From Catajapyx aquilonaris (taxonomy: Eukaryota), in NCBI GenBank assembly GCA_000934665.2, contig KZ538385.1, positions 62,001-126,000 of the forward strand: DNA of 64,000 nucleotides. The letters are read 5' to 3'. The notes beneath the pieces are model-generated. The model was not told where the DNA came from. It saw only the letters and a list, made by a program, of their open reading frames with translations, and ran no database searches. The position numbers and the translations under genes were made by a program. Shown here in pieces: positions 55,401-64,000 of this stretch. Positions within the stretch are counted from its first letter, which is position 1; each line of letters opens with the position of its first letter.

Positions 55401-58400
55401 TGGTTTTTTCCTCTCTTGCTCTCCTATAACGTAAATTGTGAGCTCATCTGATTTGTTATTTGATTATGGAAAGTGGGATGTTTTCATATTGTCAATTCAG
55501 AGAGTGGGGGCTTGCAATGTCGATTTCATTAACGTGGAGTAATGCTGTTAGCGTCACTGCTGGAGTGAGTCTGTGTATTGACATTTGCACTACATGTGGG
55601 AATGGCTGCACTTTCCAAAATGGGAAATATATGTGCAGGTAGTTATTTCTTTTAAATATTACGTACTGGCCATTGCAGGCAATGATAAACGGCCAGGAGC
55701 GTCTTCAGAGGTTAGTACCTGGCTTCCGATTCAACCTGGGCTTCTCTGGGAAGTACTTCCATCACGGTACGCCAGAAGAAAACGCGGGAGATGACATGCT
55801 GTTGGGTAAGCTGACTCCGACACTTTGCCTCTCACTTGTGCGCATATTTTAATCCCTTTTTTAAATCTTCCTAAATACAGTAGGAGAAACAAATTTTTTT
55901 TTCTTCTTTTTTGGGTCCAGGTTGTGGGGAGAATATAAAATTTAATGCATTTGATGGTTGATCCCGATAATAATTTGTGTTTGCAGCACATGCACAAGAT
56001 TTCTGGTGGTTCCCACACATGTTTAGACACACCCAACCCCACCTGTACAATGTGACCCAACTCGTTCAAGGCATGACGTGGAATTTTAATTTCGCAAAGG
56101 TAGTTTGGTGTGCGAATATTTTCTGCAACACCACTTGGATTTTTTTATTTTGAAGAGATTACTCTTTGTAGTTTGCACTCCCCTTGTTTTTGCGTTTATG
56201 TTTTTTTTTTCTGTCCACTTTGGTTTTGGGATACGGGATGGGGGCACTCTAACCACACTCACAACGTAGCGTTTGACTTGCTTCCACATGAAAGTACCCT
56301 CTTCTTTCAGCACTTGCATTCACTTTTTTTTTTAAATATTTATATATTTGGTACGCACATGTGTTGAAGTGAGAGAGAAAACTTTTTTTTTCTTCTTCGA
56401 TGGCTCAATTCCCATTTGTAGAACACGCAGATGAGTTTATGTGGTTCGGTCACATGTGGAATCATCAACAGCCTCACCTGTATGAAAACGATACCCAACT
56501 CCAGCTAGACATGAACCTCAATAAGAATTTCGCAAAGGTAAGCTTTCCCGAAAGGCACCTTTTTGAGACGTATTAGTCGAACCTTGGGGCTTATGTTCCG
56601 TTAAGTTTGTTATGGGGCCACCGTTTGCATGTTTGTGTCGGTAAATCAGGAATATTTTTAAATGGGAAACGTTACAGTGCTGAAAGAAGATTTATTTTTT
56701 ACGTAGCTAGTGGCATGGTGCACGGTGTCTTGATTAACTAATATTAACGGATTAATAATCTGCATGTCGATATGTCGTCACCCTGCAGACAATTATGTAG
56801 CTTAGCCAAGTGCACTGGACATGTTTGAGGCTCTATAGGTTGCCATGATTAATGGCAGTGCTCTGCGAAATTAGGGGGGGCTTAATTGAGATTTGTTTGC
56901 TGTGGATGGGTAAGCCCTTGACACATTCGAAACAAAACATTACGCAAGTTCAAGTTTACGTGATTATTGTACAGTGTTTATCTGCGAGTTAAAACACAGT
57001 GTAATGTCCATCAGCGAATAACGTTACTTTTGTGGATTAGCGTCATGTCATGTTAAACTGATGATCTTCTCTGATGCTAATAGAGCCTGAAATGTGTACT
57101 TTGTAACACACCTAGTGCAATCGACCTGAAAGCCATTACTGCATAGAGATGAATGTCAAATTAACATTCATTAGAGGACTTGTAGCGTTCAGGTCGAAGC
57201 TGCAGGATTCACATTGCCGCCACCCTGATAAATAATGCAAACTTCCCTTCCTTCCGGGCCGCATCTACAAAAGGAACATGGGATTCCAGTAGACTCGGGC
57301 TACTCGGTGGCCCCTCACCACTCTGGGGTGTACCCTGTGCACGAGCCCTTGTACGAGGCTTGGCGCAAAGTGTGGGGGGTTAGGGCCACCAGCACGGAGG
57401 AGTATCCGCACCTGAGACCAGCCAGGCTCAGACGAGGGTTCGTTCATCGTACAGTCATGGTGCTTCCGAGACAGACTTGCGGGTTGTTCACGCACACCAT
57501 CTTCATAGAGAGGTATCCAGGTGGTAGGCAGAAGCTGGACGAGAGCATCCAAGGCGGAGAGCTTTTTCAGACCGTCGTGTACAATCCGGTAAGTTCTACA
57601 GCCTTTCGCGGCTTATTGCAAATACTGATTTTCGCTTTACCTGCAGATCAATGTCTTCATGACCCACATGTCAAACTACGGGAATGATCGGCTGGCCATG
57701 TACACGTTTGAGTCCGTGGTTAAGTTCCTTCAGTGCTGGACCAATCTGCAGTTGCAGACCTTACCGCCAGTGCAGCTTGGAGAGAAGTACTTCCAGATGT
57801 ATCCAGAGGAAGTTGATCCTGTATGGGGGGTGAGAAATGCTTCTCTTACGCTATTGTTTTCTGGGCTATACCATTATGGTTACGTCTGTTTCATACTGTT
57901 TCATATTTCTGAATGTGACCTGTTTCAACTATGTAACATCTAAATCTGATCCGATTCAGAATCCATGCGACGACCAGCGTCACACACGCATCTGGTCTCC
58001 CAACAAGACGTGTGACCAGCTTCCGCACTTCCTGGTGATCGGCCCGCAGAAGACTGGAACCACTGCTCTGTACACTTTCCTGGCCATGCATCCTGCAGTG
58101 TCTTCCAACTTTCCCTCCCAGGAGACGTTCGAGGAGGTGCAGTTCTTCAATGGGAAGAACTACTACAGAGGGCTGGACTGGTACATGCGATTCTTCCCTG
58201 TTCCCAAGAACTCAACCGGTGGGCATGTTCTGTTTGAGAAGAGCGCAACATACTTTGAGAGTGAGCTTGTTCCGAGAAGAGCACATGCACTCTTACCAAA
58301 GGTATGTGCGGTTGAATTTAACTAGTTGTATGCATTACGTGCAGGGCTAATACTTCGTGGTTTACAGGTGAAGGTGGTGACCATCCTGATATCACCAGCG

Positions 58401-59706
58401 AAGAGGGCGTACTCGTGGTACCAGCACATGAGGGCGCATAATGACCCAGTGGCACAGAACTATACTTTTGCGCAGGTCATCATGGCTGGAGAAGCCGCAC
58501 CTAAGCAACTTAAAGACCTTCGGAATAGGTGTGCAATTTTTTCGGAGCGTGCAAGACCATTTTGTTCTTCACCGTTGTGTGCACCGTTGCAACCTTCTCA
58601 TTTCAGGTGCTTGAATCCCGGTAAATATGCTCAGCACCTAGAGCGATGGCTAACGTACTACTCCCCTCAACAACTGTATATAATCGATGGGGAGGAAGTT
58701 CGAAACAACCCAGTGGACGTCATGAACAAGTTGCAGCAGTTCCTGAAGCTGAAGCCCTTCTTCGACTACTCGACCAAGCTTAGGTACGGGACACTTGGCT
58801 TGCGAATTCTAGGGCATGTTATTCTAACGAGATGGTTAATTCGCAGGTATGACCCGAGCAAAGGGTTCTTCTGCCAAGTGATCAACTCGGACCATACCAA
58901 ATGCCTGGGGAGGAGTAAAGGGAGACAGTATCCGGCCATGGATGAAAGGGCATACAAGTACCTGCAGGTACGATCTCGGCTCGCATGAGTGTAACGCGTA
59001 CTGAGAGAATTTTCGTTGATAAACTTTGCTGCGAAAGTGACAGAAATTGATGAGTTTATTGTTCGTTGTTGGTACACCATCCATAAGTAAAATTAATCAA
59101 AGTTAATTAATGATCTTGAAGTATTTTTGATGATTTCAAATAACAATGAATAACAATGAATAACAATTATCAACAAGTAACAACTATCAACAATGAATAA
59201 ATATTATCAACAAATCACAAATTATCAACAATAAAAAGCTTATCGACAAAAAAACAACTTATCGTCAAATAATTGTCAACAATGAATAACAATAATTATG
59301 AAATAGATAACTATCAATAATTAATAACAATAATTATGAAATAGATAACTATCAATAATTAATGACATCTATTGTAAAGAATAATTAGCTAATAACTATT
59401 GTAAAGAATAATTAGCTGACATCTACTGTAAAGAATAATTAGCTAATAACTATTGTAAATTTTAATAAATTACTTATCAAGATAATTGTAAATAACATTT
59501 ATTACTAATTTATAACTGATATTAATGATATTAATAACTACTACTTATTATTAATGATAGTAATAATTTTTAAACATGTTTGTCTTGTACTTTCCCAGAT
59601 GTACTACATGCCTCACAACACAGCGTTGGTGAAGCTGCTGAAGCGTTTGGACTACCCGATACCCCAGTGGCTTAAAGAGGACTTGAGCGATAGGATAGGG
59701 ATGTGA
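52245..59706 (+). CDS. sfl: Bifunctional heparan sulfate N-deacetylase/N-sulfotransferase (NDST/sulfateless), whole spliced CDS: join(52245..52429,53320..53517,53577..54033,54962..55165,55679..55805,[55987..56099 OR 56422..56537],57274..57588,57647..57829,57960..58301,58368..58528,58607..58783,58847..58967,59599..59706); 896/897 aa
   Basis: All introns are GT-AG and phases match throughout. The protein has an N-terminal type II TM anchor, [12 protein letters not shown], the deacetylase DVDDIFVG motif, [13 protein letters not shown], HMxxHx[44 protein letters not shown], the 5'-PSB motif [18 protein letters not shown], the 3'-PB region [12 protein letters not shown] and [10 protein letters not shown]. 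These are recognisable NDST family motifs. Confidence 0.97.
53320..53517 (+). CDS. sfl: NDST coding exon 2
   Basis: Acceptor tgcag|; [13 protein letters not shown]...[31 protein letters not shown]; donor |GTGAGT. This frame is not in the ORF track. Confidence 0.93.
53577..54033 (+). CDS. sfl: NDST coding exon 3
   Basis: [53 protein letters not shown]...ITVLQ; follows a 59-bp intron; donor CAG|GTGATT. Confidence 0.95.
54962..55165 (+). CDS. sfl: NDST coding exon 4 (deacetylase DVDD motif)
   Basis: [34 protein letters not shown]...[23 protein letters not shown]; 204 nt, phase 0-0. Confidence 0.95.
55679..55805 (+). CDS. sfl: NDST coding exon 5
   Basis: [42 protein letters not shown]; acceptor ttgcag|, donor G|GTAAGC phase 1. 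Confidence 0.95.
55987..56099 (+). CDS. sfl: NDST alternative exon 6a (mutually exclusive candidate)
   Basis: Acceptor tgtttgcag|; (A)[37 protein letters not shown]; donor AAG|GTAGTT; 113 nt, phase 1 to 0, no stops. Confidence 0.85.
56422..56537 (+). CDS. sfl: NDST alternative exon 6b (mutually exclusive candidate)
   Basis: Acceptor cccatttgtag|; (E)[38 protein letters not shown]; donor AAG|GTAAGC; 116 nt, phase 1 to 0, no stops. Confidence 0.92.
57274..57588 (+). CDS. sfl: NDST coding exon 7
   Basis: [30 protein letters not shown]...[18 protein letters not shown]...[13 protein letters not shown]...YNP; AAG acceptor, donor |GTAAGT. Confidence 0.95.
57647..57829 (+). CDS. sfl: NDST coding exon 8
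   Basis: [34 protein letters not shown]...DPVWG; follows a 58-bp intron. Confidence 0.95.
57960..58301 (+). CDS. sfl: NDST coding exon 9 (start of sulfotransferase domain)
   Basis: [13 protein letters not shown]...[18 protein letters not shown]...FEEVQFF...FEKSATYF...ALLPK. Confidence 0.96.
58368..58528 (+). CDS. sfl: NDST coding exon 10
   Basis: [24 protein letters not shown]...LRN; donor AG|GTGTGC phase 2. Confidence 0.93.
58607..58783 (+). CDS. sfl: NDST coding exon 11
   Basis: [28 protein letters not shown]...[20 protein letters not shown]. Confidence 0.93.
58847..58967 (+). CDS. sfl: NDST coding exon 12
   Basis: [40 protein letters not shown]; donor CAG|GTACGA. Confidence 0.94.
59140..59560. 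repeat. AT-rich minisatellites in the last sfl intron
   Basis: (AATAACAATG)n; 38-bp unit x2 (59285-59360); ~27-bp unit CTATTGTAAAGAATAATTAGCT x3-4. Confidence 0.85.
59599..59706 (+). CDS. sfl: NDST terminal coding exon 13
   Basis: Acceptor tttcccag|; [35 protein letters not shown]; typical NDST C-terminus (PxWLxE). Confidence 0.93.
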   Translation: MYYMPHNTALVKLLKRLDYPIPQWLKEDLSDRIGM

Positions 59707-61126
59707 CAGAAAAAGGACGTTTTGAGAGTACGTGTCGTACTGCATAATTTTAAAAAGAAATTGAAATAAGAGACTTTCAGAGAGAGGGAGAGAGAGAGAG
59801 TAGGAGAGAAAGAGAGAAGAAGAAAAAAAATCACATGAGGTCTCTCGCTTTTTGACAATACTTGATCCCAGGGAGGAGCTATTTGCATGTTGAATACATA
59901 CATAAGGGAGAGTGTGTGTGTGTGTTTCTTTTTTTTTTTTTGTATAAAATAATTGTCAAAGAAATGAAGCTAAAAAAAAATTGAGTGTCTGCCACTCATG
60001 TTGCTGTTCTTACGAGGGCTGATTTTATTGCGTGAGCGACTTTTCAGTAAAGGGCGTATTTATTTGTGGTATTGTTGGGAAAGAAACAATGCAGTTTAAA
60101 ATGTTCAGTGTTGATAATCTTCGTGGTCTGTTTGTTCATTGAAGTCCTTTTTTTTTTTTCAACAATACTCATCCACTGACAATGGGGATCGAAAGAATGT
60201 ATTTTTGTGCTCCGAGGGATTGCCAATCAATGCATTTAATTTATTTCGTCAAAGTCCCAAACCCGGTAACAATCAAATGCTATGTGTCATAATGTAGAGA
60301 TGAGTACAGTTTTATTTGTTATTTTTTTACTGTTATTTTTTTTTAAAGGTGCAGTCTTAACTTTTTTGGCATTCCTCATTTATTATTTCGTCATACAATG
60401 GTCTAATTAATTGTTCTGGTGTGTTGTACAAAATATAAAGAAATCTAATGCTGCTTTTTTCGTTCTTGCCAAAAAAAAAAGTATTTGTCCTGCAAAAATA
60501 ATTATTGAAGGTACAAAAGAGTCTATGATGCAACAGAGTAAAAAGTGTATGATAGTATGTTGTTAAGCTTTCTTGCTTTTTTCCGCCTGATTCTCCGTGG
60601 TCTCGTCCTTTTTCGGTAGTTAACATAGATCCGAAGCGTTTGCACTCAAAAGTGTCCTCCACATAAATGAGGTAGTTTTTACATATGTACTGTGTACTGT
60701 GCCATCTGGTGTTTTTAAAAAAAAAATTAGGAAAAAATATTATATATTGGGTTTTGTGGGATGATATAAAATGTAGAGGGCATTTTTGAGTTCAGACTAG
60801 TGCTTTTATAAAAATCAGACACTAAGTGTCAAAATTTATGTGTGAGCCCCAATTATTATTATTTTTGTCTTTGTTGTAAGTTGTAAGTTCTACCAAAACG
60901 AGGTTGTAAAAAGGTAACTAATGTAGTTTTTCCGTGGGGGGTAAACAAGGGTGTTTTTTTTTTCCCCATCTTAGAAGAGGTTGCGAGTAAGCTCACGAAA
61001 TTTCACGGAGCAAAGTTTTTCAAACCAAATTTTGAGAGGGTTAGCCTAGAGAAATTTCAATTCAGCTTGGTCGCAACCTCTTCTTTCAGAGCATTTTTGC
61101 GTTAAAAAAAAAATGATGATGATGTG

Positions 61127-61132
61127 AATAAA
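61127..61132 (+). terminator. Candidate polyadenylation signal AATAAA for sfl (3' UTR ~59707-61150)
   Basis: First canonical AATAAA I could find after the stop codon. It is followed ~17 nt later by CA, a genomic A-run, then a GT-rich stretch (gggttggtcttgtt). Confidence 0.45.
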
Positions 61133-61817
61133 AAAAGATGGTCATTTACAAAAAAAAAAAAAAAAGGGTTGGTCTTGTTAATTGAACGTTTGTTATTGAA
61201 GAAAACTTGCGGTTCTCCCGATCATCTCGACACGACCAAAAAGAAAATTTTCTGGAGCATTGGACTCAGGCTTAACTCCCACCTAGTGTTGTTGTTGTTG
61301 ACATTAAGATATAATTATTTAATTATGCATGAATTTCATTAATATTATCGTGAATTATTCAGTGCAATCCATAATTTCACTGAAACTTTGTATTTTAAAT
61401 TTAATGATGATCTTAGCTAGGATTTGATTAATTAATGGCAATATTATTTAAATTATTTTTCATTCATTCATTACACTCACAGCATATTCCCAAGATGGGG
61501 TTACCAGCGATGACCAGGAACAATCCACCTCGCCATCTCGTACGAACAGTTTAATGAATCCTCTATTGACTGAAATAATAATTATATTAGAATATGGTTA
61601 ATTAATGAAACAAAATCATTAATTGAATAATTATTATTACTGACACAATAGTGCAATCCATCATTTCACTGAATTTAAATTTAAATTTAAAGATCTAGAT
61701 CAATTAACATTTAAATAATTACGAAATAATAATTACCACATTAGAATGTGATTAATTAATGAAACTATCATTTATTAAATTAATATGAATTATATACATA
61801 ATAGTGCCAATCCATCA

Positions 61818-62116
61818 CCAAAGCAGTTTGGAGTAGGGGATATGGTGTCCGCCTGCTAATCGGGAGGTCCTGGGTTCGAATCCCGGAGCCGGCAACTCTG
61901 ACCGTGGTTTTCTGTGGTTCCCCACGGTCCCTCCAGGAAAATTCCGGAGTTGTTTCCGTAATTAATAGGCCACAGCCGCTTCCTTCCGCCCCTATCCTAT
62001 CCCAAAGAGCACAGTAAAAATGAAAAGCAAAGAGTTCCAGGCAAAACAAAACTGAAAAACGTCTTCCCTAAAGAGCCGATGGCCGATGGCTGATAACGGG
62101 GTATGAATATTATTAT
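61818..62116 (+). mobile_element. tRNA-derived SINE with 16-bp target-site duplication
   Basis: A-box-like TGGAGTAGGGG and B-box GGGTTCGAATCCC (61872-61884). Body GTGGTTTTCTGTGGTTCCCC...CCTCCAGGAAAATTCCGG...AGGCCACAGCCGCTTCCTTCC resembles arthropod SINE bodies as I recall them. (TAT)n tail. Identical flanks TAGTGCCAATCCATCA at 61802-61817 and 62117-62132. Confidence 0.88.
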
Positions 62117-62612
62117 TAGTGCCAATCCATCATTTCACTGAAACTTGAAATTTATGTTAATCTCACCTTATCACGTCGCTCTTAGGATATGATTAAATAA
62201 AATATTTAAATAATTGCGAAATAATAATTATCCCAGAATATGGATAATTTATGAAACTATCTTAATTAAATAATTGCGAAATAATGATTATCTGAGAATA
62301 TGATTAATTAATGAAACAATCTTAAATATAATTGCGAAATAGTAATTACCTTAGAATATGAATAATTTATGGGTTTGCGAAATAATAATTTAAGAATACG
62401 ATGAATTAATGAAACGATCTTAAATAATTATGAATTATTGTCATTATTGTGCAGATCCATCATTTCACTGAAATTCAAAATTGATTTTAATAATCCCATC
62501 GTAATTAAATATTTACATAATTGCGGAATAAGAATTATCTCAGAATATGATTAATTAACGAAACAACCTTAATTAAATAATGGCGTAATAATATTATATT
62601 ACAATATTATTA

Positions 62613-62850
62613 ATTAAGTACAGCCCATCGGGTACGGTAAATAAATAAAAAATTAAGTACAGCCCATCGGGGTACGGTTAATAAAAAATAAATAAAATAT
62701 GATTAAGTACAGCCCATTGGGATACGGTAAATAAATAAATGAAATATTATTAATTAAGTGCGGCCCATCGGGATACGGTAAATAAATAAATATTATTAAT
62801 TAAGTACAGCCCATCGGGGTGCGGTAAATAAATATATAAAATATTATTAA
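62613..62850 (+). repeat. Five tandem copies of ATTAAGTACAGCCCATCGGGGTACGGTAAATAAATAAA (~40-50 bp period)
   Basis: Copies start near 62613, 62652, 62702, 62753 and 62799. Confidence 0.9.
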
Positions 62851-63060
62851 TTAATGTAACAGTCTTAATTAATCATTATGAATTATAATATTGTGCAATC
62901 CACACATAATTTCACTGAAATTTGAATATATTTAATTTAATCCCATATCTTACGATACGATTTAACCAATGAGATAATCCCATTAATTAAATTACCACGA
63001 ATTATTCAATTTATAGTGCAAATCCGCAAGTTCATTAAATTTTAATTATAGTTAGTACAA

Positions 63061-63125
<65 letters not shown>
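63061..63125. repeat. (ATT)n microsatellite
   Basis: About 21 perfect ATT units. Confidence 0.97.
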
Positions 63126-64000
63126 GGTTTTTTGCTGTTTTGAAATGAGCGCGCCTTGAAGCGGAGTGAGGGTGCGGATGTTCTCCATTGCCCGCTTTCC
63201 TCGAATGGCGAACAGACGCGGCCGTGGCAACTTCACTCCCGTTCCTTCCGCTTTTGTGGTTGGCATCATTCTCCAAGATGGACGCCTCTCCGCTCGTCGC
63301 TTCCCTCCCCCTCGTCTCCTCAGCCTGACCCTTTTTCCCTTCTTAGTGCCGCCCGTCTCTCGTTTTTAACCCCCTTTGACACACTCCCTCCTCGCCAGGA
63401 GGTCACTCATTCAAGCATTCGGAGGTGACTCGCTTTGAGTCGCCACAACTAGTTGGAAGGACGGCAGGTGATGTAACACGTAGGCTTAAATAAGTCGGGG
63501 CGGGAGGGTGGGTGGGTGGGGTTGTGGGGGGGGAAAAAAAGGAACAAAATGAAAATTGCGCTAATTGCAATTACTGCACATTAAGGTTCATGTTAAGGTG
63601 CGTTGCCCCCCGGAACAGTACCTCAAGTGTATTGGGAGCTCCACGGCTTAATACACCGGACTAGGCCTGAGAATTTTTTTTTGCCCCCACAGGTACAATG
63701 GACACACAACATGCAGGGCATTGTTCTAATCGCTTTTAGTAGGACACGGAACCATATGCTAGCATAAGAGGAACACAGGCCCCTATTCACATTTGTCGAG
63801 ATTTTTCCCCCCAGTTTCATTCGGGACTAGGCCTGAGATTTTTGTTGTTTTTTTTTTGCATTAGAATCGCAGGGCGCAATGTGCAGCGCAACGTACAGCG
63901 CATGTTCATGTCCTCCTTACATGGAACGTTGTTTGCATAAAAAGGAACAAAACGGGTCAATGACCTTTTATGTTCAATTTCATGGCACATATTTGGCTCT

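Larger units (their letters stand above)
61330..63060. repeat. AT-rich degenerate tandem repeat block downstream of sfl
   Basis: GTGCAATCCATCATTTCACTGAA-like motif recurs near 61362, 61651, 61804/62119, 62449, 62893 and 63017. Subrepeat AATTGCGAAATAATAATTA..AGAATATG recurs several times. Confidence 0.8.

Noticed and set aside
56110..56367. ORF between exons 6a and 6b containing [15 protein letters not shown], as a possible third exon-6 variant
   Set aside because: It lacks the HMxxHxQPH and NFAK motifs and has no suitably placed AG/GT pair in the required phase. It is T-rich intron sequence.
55987..56537. Exon 6 duplication as an assembly or haplotype artefact
   Set aside because: The two exons differ extensively at nucleotide and amino-acid level, include an indel and have unrelated flanking introns. 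There are no Ns nearby.
61822..61895. tRNA gene
   Set aside because: It has a B-box but a poor cloverleaf. It continues into a SINE body and tail and is bracketed by a TSD, so it is a SINE head.
62613..62850. CRISPR-like repeat/spacer array
   Set aside because: Eukaryotic context, the 'spacers' are just (TAAA)n, and there are no cas genes.
63125..63430. GC-rich segment with ORFs of 67-90 aa, as a possible next gene start
   Set aside because: No recognisable protein or convincing splice structure. It could be regulatory, but that cannot be supported from sequence alone.

Overview
This is eukaryotic, most likely arthropod, genomic DNA. The only supportable protein-coding gene is a complete, intron-split, + strand heparan sulfate N-deacetylase/N-sulfotransferase (NDST; Drosophila sulfateless/sfl family). 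Its CDS spans 52245-59706 in 13 coding exon positions and gives about 896-897 aa by manual splicing. The main observation is that coding exon 6 is present as two tandem, diverged, frame-incompatible copies (6a 55987-56099 and 6b 56422-56537). Both encode the His-x3-His deacetylase active-site segment, which points to mutually exclusive splicing of the deacetylase active site. A candidate docking/selector RNA pairing flanks these exons. The 5' leader is rich in uORFs, and a possible non-coding 40-nt exon lies about 29 kb upstream. The first ~51 kb has no credible ORFs. It contains small TIR elements (MITEs), hairpins, microsatellites and many poly-G/C tracts with Ns. Downstream of the gene, an AT-rich repeat block carries a tRNA-derived SINE with a perfect 16-bp target-site duplication.
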